Positions 38,814 through 46,647 are shown, counted from the first letter of the stretch. The stretch is 64,000 bases of DNA from Caldilineae bacterium (GCA_020634625.1 JACKBJ010000019.1:1001-65000); one strand, 5' to 3'. A program made the numbers and translations. Notes: generated from the letters alone by a model not told the origin.

Positions 38814-40799
38814 ATGCGGGCGGATCGCTGGGTCTGGCTGGTCGTGGCCGGGATGGGCGCGGGGCTGATCGCCTGTGGCGGCGCGGAGCCGCCCGCGCCG
38901 AGCGAGGAGGCCGCGCTTCCAGAGGGCGACGATGCCGCCTACCCGGCCGCGGATGCCTCGGATGCCGCCGGGGCGGGCGCCGAAGTCGGCGCGGCCGTGG
39001 ACGTCCTGGCCTTCGAGCCGGCGGCGGCCGGCGGCACGCTGATCCTGGGCGCCAACCAGGAGCCCGACACGCTCTACATCCACGACGCCGGCATGGCCGC
39101 CAGCGGCGACGTCTTCTCGGCCCTGGGCGAACGGCCCTACCTGACGGCCGACTTCGACTACCAGCCGATGACGCTCGAGGCCCTGCCCGACATCGGTCGC
39201 GGCGACGGCAGCGCCGAGTTGCTTACGGTCTCGGTCCAAGCTGGCGATCGGTACGTCGACCCCGAGTCGAAGGAGGTGGTGACGGCCACCGAGACGGTGG
39301 CCGACCTGCCCCAGATCGTGGCCCGCTTCCGCTTTCGCGAGGGCCTGACCTGGCAGGACGGCACGCCGGTGACGGCCGCCGACTCGGTCTTCTCGCGCGA
39401 GGTGGCCTGCGATCCGGACACGCCGACCAGCAAGTTCCTGTGCGAGCGCACGGTCAGCTACGAGGTCGTGGACGACCGTACGGCCCAATGGACCGGCCTG
39501 CCGGGCTACGCCGACCAGACCTACTTCGTCAACGTCTACCAGTTCCTGCCCCGCCACCAGCTGGGCTCGGATGGCGTGACGCGCATGGAGGACATGGCGG
39601 CGGCCGAGATCATGGCCGACGAGGCCTTCACCCGCTCACCGCTGAGCTTCGGCCCCTTCCAGATCGTCGAGTGGGTGGCCGGCGAGCGCATCACGCTCGA
39701 GCGCAACCCGCACTACTGGCGCGCCGCCGAGGGGCTGCCGTTCCTGGATGGCATCACCTTCCGCTACATCCCCGACACCAACGCCCAGCTGCTGGCGCTC
39801 GAGAGCGGTGACGTCGACGTGGCCACGCGCCTCGACTTCGGCTCCTCGGAGGCCATCGACGCCGCCGAGGCCGAAGGCAAGCTGGTGGCGCACTACGCCG
39901 AAGGCACCTACTGGGAGCGTCTCAGCCTGAACCTGGATCCGCTGGACGATCGGCCGCCGCTGCTGGCCTGCCTGGACGTTCGCAAGGCCATCGCCTACGG
40001 CATGGACCGCGAGACGATGACCGAGGTCATCATGAAGGGCAAGACCGGCGTGGCCGCCACGCCGGCCGACCGCCGCCACTGGGCCTATCCGCCCGAGGGC
40101 ACGCTGAGCCTGATCGGCTACGACCCGGCCACGGCGGCCAGGCTGCTGGACGACATCGGCTTCTCGGACGCCGACGGTGACGGCGTGCGCGAGGCGCAAG
40201 CCGAGATCACCTGCGAGCTGGTCGCCGACATCGAGGGCACCGTCAAGCAGCGCGTGATCCCGGCCGGCACGCCGCTGGAGCTGACCGTCAGCACCACCGA
40301 GGGCCGCGTGATGCGCCAACAGACGACGCTGCTCTTCCAACAGCAGATGGCCGACATCGGCATCAAGATCAACCTGGAGTACATGCCGGCCGGCGTCTTC
40401 TTCGACGGCGCGCCGGACGGCGCCATGTTCACCCGCCGCTTCGACATCGGCGAGTACTCCTCGAACTTCGGCGTCGGCGCCCCGGTCGGCTGGTACTGCA
40501 CCGAGATCCCGACGCCCGAGAACGGCTGGGCCGGCGGCAACGAAACCGGCTGGTGCGACCCGGCCTACGACCAGGCCGGCAAGACCGCCGAAAACCTGAT
40601 CGACCGCCAGGCCGCCCTGCCCTACTACCACGAGGCCCAGAAGCGCTTCACCGAGGGCCTGCCCACCATCGGCCTGTTCAACCGCGTCGACGTGCACGCG
40701 GCGGCGCCGAACGTGGTGAACTTCCGGCCGAATCCGACGATCGCGTGGGATACGTGGAATGTGGCGGCGTGGGGGTTTGCGCCATATTCCTCAGACTAA
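38814..40799 (+). CDS. ABC transporter substrate-binding lipoprotein, family 5 (peptide/nickel type)
   Basis: Lipoprotein signal LVVAGMGAGLIACGG. Family-5-like blocks include W.DG.P.TA.D..FS, LERNP.YW and the 660-aa length. No cognate permease or ATPase genes lie adjacent, so it is an orphan SBP. Confidence 0.8.
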   Translation: MRADRWVWLVVAGMGAGLIACGGAEPPAPSEEAALPEGDDAAYPAADASDAAGAGAEVGAAVDVLAFEPAAAGGTLILGANQEPDTLYIHDAGMAASGDVFSALGERPYLTADFDYQPMTLEALPDIGRGDGSAELLTVSVQAGDRYVDPESKEVVTATETVADLPQIVARFRFREGLTWQDGTPVTAADSVFSREVACDPDTPTSKFLCERTVSYEVVDDRTAQWTGLPGYADQTYFVNVYQFLPRHQLGSDGVTRMEDMAAAEIMADEAFTRSPLSFGPFQIVEWVAGERITLERNPHYWRAAEGLPFLDGITFRYIPDTNAQLLALESGDVDVATRLDFGSSEAIDAAEAEGKLVAHYAEGTYWERLSLNLDPLDDRPPLLACLDVRKAIAYGMDRETMTEVIMKGKTGVAATPADRRHWAYPPEGTLSLIGYDPATAARLLDDIGFSDADGDGVREAQAEITCELVADIEGTVKQRVIPAGTPLELTVSTTEGRVMRQQTTLLFQQQMADIGIKINLEYMPAGVFFDGAPDGAMFTRRFDIGEYSSNFGVGAPVGWYCTEIPTPENGWAGGNETGWCDPAYDQAGKTAENLIDRQAALPYYHEAQKRFTEGLPTIGLFNRVDVHAAAPNVVNFRPNPTIAWDTWNVAAWGFAPYSSD

Positions 40800-40870
40800 A
40801 TCGATGACGCCGACGTGCCTGACATAGGTTGGAAGATGTAGGTGATAGCAAAGGGAGGGAGAGCGTAGCA

Positions 40871-42010
40871 ATGCGAAGATCACTCGCGACGTCTAAGTAT
40901 GGCATGGCCTTGGTGCTGGCGACAATGCTGTGTTGGCAAGGCGTTGAAGTTGCACATGCTGGAATTGAAGTGCTTGTCAATGGAGACATTAAGTTCTATG
41001 TCAATCCGGGTGACAACTGCGAACAGTCAGACGCGAGTCATGTGACGGGGTTTAGTCTCAACGTCACAGCCAAGAAAGTAACTGATGCGGCGATTTCAAA
41101 GGCGTTTTCCACGCCCTGCATTACAGTGAATCAGCCCTGCTACTTCGGTGACATGAACTCGCCAGTGATATCCGGAGACTCCGTCACCTGGACCAAGAAC
41201 CCTGCTGGAATTCGAGTGTTCGGTGCAGGGACAGGCTACCACTACGGTTATGATTACTCGCTACCGACGAACACGCCTGACTCTGGTCCGGAGCCAGCGG
41301 AGACTCCTACTCCAGATATCACTCATAGTGTAGCGGGAGTATACTCGTTAGATGGCAGCGCCAAAAAACGAGCTTGTACGCCAGTCTCGCTAACAATTAC
41401 TCCCGGGCACACACTGCTCTCATGGCGCAACATGCTCGTTTCACGTGCCATTGCGGCACCGTTCTCTCAGGAACCTACGAGCGTGCTTGACACGACAGAG
41501 ATTGCCATTACTCCCATCGCATCGTCGAGTGCTGATAATGGCGATGGCATGGCAACAGACGACAACAGTAGTAGTGATGATCGCCCGCGATCGTTCTTTA
41601 TTCTCCGTCGAGTAACTGACCAGGACCTGACGCTCGACCAACTATCTAGAGCGAACACGGAATTTAATGATTGGAAGAACACCAGTATTACGCACGTCGT
41701 GGAAGGGCAGTACTTTCCAAACGACCATCCTCCTCACGTAATATCGATTCCCGTCAATACCCCGTATCACTTCGACGGAATGCGGTGGGCTCAATGGAAG
41801 TGGGAGGTGCTTGAGGTATTGATAGATGCGCCGAGGCTTGACAAAGCCACTTTTGCTTCCAACGAGCAGTGGTCATCTCGGATCTTCATCGCGACCGAGT
41901 CGGCAGGCAAGTCAAGTCAATTGCCTCTCTATCTCACTCTCGCAACGGCGAGTCTACTAGTGCTCGTTCTCGCCCGCATGCGCAACTGGATCGGCGCGAG
42001 CAGAGAGTAG
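40871..42010 (+). CDS. Orphan secreted protein with C-terminal hydrophobic anchor (low-G+C islet)
   Basis: The ATG at 40871 follows GGGAGGG (the track ORF begins at the TTG at 40829). Signal peptide MRRSLATSKYGMALVLATMLCWQGVEVAHA. C-terminal tail LPLYLTLATASLLVLVLARMRNW is a TM helix plus basic residues. No family was recognised. A/T-ending codons are unlike the flanking genes. Confidence 0.6.
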   Translation: MRRSLATSKYGMALVLATMLCWQGVEVAHAGIEVLVNGDIKFYVNPGDNCEQSDASHVTGFSLNVTAKKVTDAAISKAFSTPCITVNQPCYFGDMNSPVISGDSVTWTKNPAGIRVFGAGTGYHYGYDYSLPTNTPDSGPEPAETPTPDITHSVAGVYSLDGSAKKRACTPVSLTITPGHTLLSWRNMLVSRAIAAPFSQEPTSVLDTTEIAITPIASSSADNGDGMATDDNSSSDDRPRSFFILRRVTDQDLTLDQLSRANTEFNDWKNTSITHVVEGQYFPNDHPPHVISIPVNTPYHFDGMRWAQWKWEVLEVLIDAPRLDKATFASNEQWSSRIFIATESAGKSSQLPLYLTLATASLLVLVLARMRNWIGASRE

Positions 42011-42134
42011 CCCAACCGCTTGCGCGATGGAGAGCTCTCGGGTAGCGCGAAGTTGCAGTTGAAGCGGCAAGGGCAACTCGGCATTCGTATGCTTCAACAA
42101 GACGGAGTAGCCCCCCAGCGACGCATGCATCGCC

Positions 42135-45100
42135 TTAGTCGGGAACGGAGTGGCAGAGCCGAAGCCCGGCATCCGAAAACCTGGAACTGGCGTGCACGGT
42201 GTGACGCAAATATATGTGCTGACTCGTGTCGGGAAGTGCCCAAGTGCTTCCGCGCAGACACTGCTGCGTCGTGAAACTGGGGGCGTTTACATTCCGCAGA
42301 TGTGTTCGCTGTACCCACTGTCGAACATTGCCAAGCATATCGACTGCCCCTGCGGCTGAGTCACCTAAAGGGAAGACGCCGATGGGTGACGGTCTTCTCA
42401 AATGTGTCCAACTTCCGCCGATACTTCCTGCTGGCGGTGAGGCAGGGGCCGGATCAGCTAGGCTATTGAGGTGTCCAGCAACTTCCCACTCGATCTCAGT
42501 TGGCAGTCGATACGCCCTGCCGTCTTGAATCGAAAGCCATCTACAGTATGCTTGTGCCTCGAACCATGTTATCCCGACTACCGGCTGGAGTGGGTGATTG
42601 AATTCGTCGACGTTCCAGTACTCAGGGCTTCGGATCTTTTTGTCTGGGGCGTAACGTGCTAGTTCTTCCTCGAACTCAAGATCGTTCAATCGCATCCAGC
42701 GCTTCCACCTGCTGTATACTCGTTCTAGGGCAAGGCCTTCAGACCATTGCCGCTCGAGTAGGGTGGGATCAGCCTGAAACCGTTTGCGCCAAGTGCGTTC
42801 GCGCTCGCGGCCTCCTTCTCCGGTGCCATGACCGCTCCACCACTCTCGCGCTTCGGGCGTGTCCCACCACTGGGGATCTTCATAGCTGCCAGACTCCATG
42901 AAGCAAGCCCATTCGGCGCAGGTTACAGGAAACATGCCGATCTGAAAGCGTTCGAGGCGGACACTGAGATTCGGTTCAGGGCTCGTGATTTCAGAGTCAG
43001 ATGCAAGCACTTGATATCTGCCCGGAGGTATCTCGACCATCGGTGGCTTGATATACGATCCATGCCGACCGACTAGTTTGACTAGTCTCGGATCGCCGAG
43101 CAATCCGAGAGCATCGGCCGCTGCAATGCGGCAACGCAAGTCAGCTAGTGCGTCGCGGCTCCGATCTACAAGTGCGCACTGCAGTTCGGTGCGCAGTAGT
43201 TCAGATATGTGAGCTTCTGGATGTGCTGCACACAGACCGGCTAGCGAAAGATTGACGTGCATGATTCTTCGTACCAGCGACTCGGCATCGGGAGTCATGA
43301 CGGTCGCCATAATGGTTGTCTCTTCCCATCCTGTTGTGGGAAGCGAAGGTAGGGTTTCTGCAGGTGCTAGAGACGCCAACGTTTCTTCCAGACTTGGCTG
43401 TACTTCATCGGCACGCCAACTCGTCGCAACCTCAGCGGGTTCCGGTGTTATGGCAAACTGGCGCGCCGCAAAGAATTCTTGCAGCAACTGATGGTAGAAG
43501 TGCAATTCATCTGATCCGGCATCAAGTTCGAGTACTCCTAAAGACATCCCCGCATCGAGGACCCTTGGCGATTTGACTCGACCCACAATGGCAGTGGCTT
43601 CATCGTAGCCGATGCGTACTTGGGAGCCTGTAGCGGAGCCGTGGACGCGCTGCATCGAGAACGCGAGATGTGCGATTGTGCTCAGGAGACTCCCGGCCGA
43701 CGGTAACTCCCAGGGTGTCTTCCAGTGGGTTGCGGTCAGGATGCGTCGGCGATCGCGCTCGGGAACCAGATCCTCGTCTTCGAGCAGCGGGTTTTCAGTC
43801 TCGAGTTCTCGCTTGAGTGCATTTCTTACGAAGCCAGCGAAGAGACCAACGCTGCCTCGTGGAGCTGTTCCGGTCTCGATGATCTGTTCAACGAGTAGCT
43901 TGAGCATGTATGGCGTTCGAAGAGCGCCCAGACGAGAGCGGTCAGCAATGAGGTCGGACCACACTCGCGCGGCTATGTCGGCGCGAAGATGGCTGTCAAG
44001 GAATGCGCGCATGCGATGCTCATCCATCGCCTCGATCCGGGCTTGCGGCACTCTTAGAGTCTCGGACGATAGTGGCGCGCTGTAGTCCAGGCTGCGGCAC
44101 GAGATGACAATGGTGTTGCCCGGATGATGGAGGTGCAGTTGTTGTATGAAACTGCGCCAGGCGCGGACACGCTGATGATAGGTGTCTGGATAGTCGTGAG
44201 GCATTTCGTTTAGAGCATCTAGGAGCAGAAGCATGCGGCGCTGCGCAAACAAACGTTCTAGCGGCGGCAAATCTGGATGGCGCTCTGCCCATAGCGCGGT
44301 GAGCCAGGATCTCGGGTCAGGCGGATCGGCGCCAGGTCGAGTACTGCGGTAGCTGTTCAGCGGTACGAACAGCGTGATGGGCACCTCATCGCCGGCAAGC
44401 CCACGCGCGGCTGTATCCATCTCGAGTTGTCGCAGAAGAGTGCTCTTGCCGGAACCTGGAGCGCCTAGGACGACCAAAGCATTATCATCGATAGACTTCA
44501 GGAGTTCGCCGAGCGAGTCGAATTGTCTGTCGTCTTGCCGCCATCCGAGTTCCTCGCCGTGATCAATGAGCAGGCTCAGGCGAACGAACCGCAAGTCCAA
44601 CTGGTAACGTGGCTGCTGCCAGCGTTCGAGGCAATCGCGTCGATACGTTTCCAGCGGTAGCCGTTCGGGCTCGAGTGCTTGTAACTGGCGGGCGGCGACC
44701 GCCTCCCGACGATTGATCTCGTCCGTCAGTAGCACGCGTCCTTTGCCTCTACGGCGATCGAACGTGTTGCGACTTGTGCTAGCCGAATCGGCGACTTCGT
44801 CCGCAAGGCGACCCGCCGGTGAGAGGTCGTAGTGAAACAGTGCGCTCCACGATTCGCGTTCTGCGTTGCCAGCGGCGAAGTCTGCTCGAAGGCAGGCGTC
44901 GAGCGGTGCGTTCTGGTCGACGGTGGCATCGGCGCGCTCGATCCTCCGGCAATCGAGCAGATTGGCATAGACGATCGCCTGGATCAACTCCGCCAGCGCC
45001 TGGGCTCGCCCGATTCTGTTTCCCGACGCGCGCACGCGCAATGACACGCATGCCAGTGCGGTGAGTGGATCCTTGGCGTCAATCTGCCCAGTGCTCAGCG

Positions 45101-45149
45101 ACTTGAGTGTGCGTTTGACCTGCGCCGCATCGATCGGTTTGTTCGTCAC
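42135..45149 (-). CDS. NACHT-type STAND NTPase with HEAT-like linker and C-terminal FGE/SUMF1 (formylglycine-generating-enzyme-like) domain
   Basis: GTG start at 45149 preceded by GGAGG. Walker [15 protein letters not shown] (nt 44439..44465), Walker B LLLLDALNEMP. HEAT-like AAADALGLLGDPRL. C-terminal FGE hallmarks are FQIGMFPVTCAEW, GITWFEAQAYCRWL, YRLPTEIEWE, GNVRQWV and RGSTW. The first ~215 aa are unassigned. Confidence 0.85.
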   Translation of the reverse strand: MTNKPIDAAQVKRTLKSLSTGQIDAKDPLTALACVSLRVRASGNRIGRAQALAELIQAIVYANLLDCRRIERADATVDQNAPLDACLRADFAAGNAERESWSALFHYDLSPAGRLADEVADSASTSRNTFDRRRGKGRVLLTDEINRREAVAARQLQALEPERLPLETYRRDCLERWQQPRYQLDLRFVRLSLLIDHGEELGWRQDDRQFDSLGELLKSIDDNALVVLGAPGSGKSTLLRQLEMDTAARGLAGDEVPITLFVPLNSYRSTRPGADPPDPRSWLTALWAERHPDLPPLERLFAQRRMLLLLDALNEMPHDYPDTYHQRVRAWRSFIQQLHLHHPGNTIVISCRSLDYSAPLSSETLRVPQARIEAMDEHRMRAFLDSHLRADIAARVWSDLIADRSRLGALRTPYMLKLLVEQIIETGTAPRGSVGLFAGFVRNALKRELETENPLLEDEDLVPERDRRRILTATHWKTPWELPSAGSLLSTIAHLAFSMQRVHGSATGSQVRIGYDEATAIVGRVKSPRVLDAGMSLGVLELDAGSDELHFYHQLLQEFFAARQFAITPEPAEVATSWRADEVQPSLEETLASLAPAETLPSLPTTGWEETTIMATVMTPDAESLVRRIMHVNLSLAGLCAAHPEAHISELLRTELQCALVDRSRDALADLRCRIAAADALGLLGDPRLVKLVGRHGSYIKPPMVEIPPGRYQVLASDSEITSPEPNLSVRLERFQIGMFPVTCAEWACFMESGSYEDPQWWDTPEAREWWSGHGTGEGGRERERTWRKRFQADPTLLERQWSEGLALERVYSRWKRWMRLNDLEFEEELARYAPDKKIRSPEYWNVDEFNHPLQPVVGITWFEAQAYCRWLSIQDGRAYRLPTEIEWEVAGHLNSLADPAPASPPAGSIGGSWTHLRRPSPIGVFPLGDSAAGAVDMLGNVRQWVQRTHLRNVNAPSFTTQQCLRGSTWALPDTSQHIYLRHTVHASSRFSDAGLRLCHSVPD

Positions 45150-45211
45150 GACGTGCCTCCATTGGGGAGTGGCCGATCGGTTCTCACGATACTACGGTCG
45201 TCAAGTCGGTG

Positions 45212-45229
45212 GTGTGACGTGAGTCACAC
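45212..45229. promoter_or_regulatory. Palindrome GTGTGAC-GTGA-GTCACAC in the divergent NACHT/cyclase intergenic region
   Basis: Perfect 7-bp inverted repeat read from the sequence, flanked by direct copies of ACTACGG (45191, 45234). Confidence 0.4.
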
Positions 45230-45274
45230 ATCGACTACGGCGTGGCTCACGACGGGGTTGCGGTCATTTCGTGC

Positions 45275-45292
45275 TCAATCGTGCGATTGAGG
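45275..45292. promoter_or_regulatory. Palindrome CTCAATCG-TG-CGATTGAG in the same divergent intergenic region
   Basis: Perfect 8-bp inverted repeat read from the sequence, about 100 nt upstream of the cyclase ATG. Confidence 0.4.
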
Positions 45293-45395
45293 AAATCTTG
45301 GTGAAAGGCTGAGGAGAATCGCGAGGAGTCGGCGGCCCCCCGGCGTAGATTGTCACCAGATGGGAATGACATGACGCTGATGAAAGGAGCCAGCC

Positions 45396-46319
45396 ATGAA
45401 CGCCAAGACGTGGAACAAGCCGAACCAGCCCAACTGCCCGATCGAAACCGCCCGCCAGCTCGCCGCGCAGCCGGCGACGAGCCCGAAGCACCTGATGGAG
45501 GAGCTGACCTTCATGGTCACCGACATCCGCAATAGCACCGCTGACTGGGCGATCCGGCCCGCCGAGACGTATCGGGCGCTGGTGGCGCACGACCGGATCA
45601 TGGTCGCCGCGGTCGAGTCGCGCGGTGGGCGGGTCTTCAACATTGTCGGCGACGCGGTGTTGGCGGCCTTCGAGCGGTCGACGGATGCGCTGGCGGCGGC
45701 GCTAGCGGCGCAGCACGCACTGCGGGTGCGTGACCAGCGGGTGGCCGAGGGCGAGCTGCAGCTGGCCGATCGGGTCTGCATCGGCCTGCACACCGGGACG
45801 GTCTACCGGCTCGGCGACGACTACCGTGGCCTGGAGCTGTGTCGCGTCGCGCGGATCGTGCACGAGGGCAAGGGTGGCGAGATCCTGGCCTCGAGCCGAG
45901 TGGCTGCCCAGCTGCGCGAGCAGCTGCCGGAGGGATGTCGGCTGCGGGATCGTGGCTACGCCTACCTGCAGGGCATCCGGGGCGCAGAGCGGCTCTTCCG
46001 GGTGGAGGCCGATCCGCTGGTTGCCTACGCGGCACCGGCCGCGCCGCTGCCGGGGCCCTGGGGGTTGCGACTGCGCCGTCTGGCCATTCAGGGCCTGGCC
46101 CTGGCCAGCCTGCTGATGGTCGAGCCGGTCTCGGCGACGGGGCCGGACCACGATCCGGTCGACCCGCCGCCGCCGAGCGCCACCGCCTGCCCGATGGAGA
46201 CGCCGGAGCCCTGGCGCTTCGACCCGGTGCCCCCGCTGCAGGGAGAGCGGCGCTCGGAGCCGGACGGTGGGGTGGATGCGGAGCGGGTCGGGCCGATGTC
46301 GGGCACCCGCGACGGCTAG
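45396..46319 (+). CDS. Stand-alone class III nucleotidyl (adenylate/guanylate) cyclase-domain protein with Pro-rich tail and one hydrophobic segment
   Basis: RBS AAAGGAG before the ATG at 45396. Cyclase homology-domain motifs are TFMVTDIRNSTADW (metal Asp 1), FNIVGDAVLAAF (metal Asp 2), CIGLHTGTV and RVARIVHEGKGGEILAS. The tail holds LAIQGLALASLLMV and Pro-rich sequence. Confidence 0.8.
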   Translation: MNAKTWNKPNQPNCPIETARQLAAQPATSPKHLMEELTFMVTDIRNSTADWAIRPAETYRALVAHDRIMVAAVESRGGRVFNIVGDAVLAAFERSTDALAAALAAQHALRVRDQRVAEGELQLADRVCIGLHTGTVYRLGDDYRGLELCRVARIVHEGKGGEILASSRVAAQLREQLPEGCRLRDRGYAYLQGIRGAERLFRVEADPLVAYAAPAAPLPGPWGLRLRRLAIQGLALASLLMVEPVSATGPDHDPVDPPPPSATACPMETPEPWRFDPVPPLQGERRSEPDGGVDAERVGPMSGTRDG

Positions 46320-46393
46320 ACGCCGCGATGTGAAGGCCGTCGCGGGTGCTGGGCAAGGCCGAGGCGCAAAGCGGTCTGCCGGGCCCGCAACCG

Positions 46394-46531
46394 GAACGAA
46401 TGGCTTGAACGCGACAGCTGAACGTAGCGTTGAACCGAACGAATGACGGATTGATGAACGGTCTGCTGTACGGGACGATGAACGGGACGATGAACTTCGA
46501 GATGAACGTCGTGATGAACGGGTCGATGACG
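46394..46531. repeat. Array of TGAAC(G) motifs ending in seven 12-nt-periodic units (nnnnnGATGAAC)
   Basis: GATGAAC occurs at 46453, 46477, 46489, 46501 and 46513, with GATGAC at 46525. GGGACGATGAAC is perfectly duplicated at 46472..46495. Further TGAAC(G/C) copies are at 46394, 46406, 46419, 46431 and 46437. G+C is locally lower. Confidence 0.7.
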
Positions 46532-46618
46532 GAGCGGGGCGTTGAAGGGTCGACCTCCGACCCAGGGCCGGTCGGTGGACGACCGATCCGAACGAGGCGG
46601 TCGCAAGCTCCACGACGA

Positions 46619-46647
46619 GGGGCCCCGCGCTTCTGGCGCGGGGCCCC
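46619..46647. terminator. Bidirectional GC-rich hairpin
   Basis: Perfect 12-bp stem GGGGCCCCGCGC / GCGCGGGGCCCC with a 5-nt loop, 49 nt beyond the stop of the minus-strand protease gene (46696). Confidence 0.65.

Noticed and set aside
42020-43576. Short plus-strand ORFs inside the low-G+C islet (42020..42274, 42226..42528, 42656..42901, 42828..43076, 43252..43491 and others)
   Set aside because: All are antisense to the NACHT-FGE gene, short and without motifs. They appear only because the track lists every ORF of about 60 aa or more.
46448-46531. CRISPR array interpretation of the GATGAAC repeats
   Set aside because: The period is only 12 nt with 5-nt variable parts, far too short for repeat-spacer units. 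No cas genes are present.
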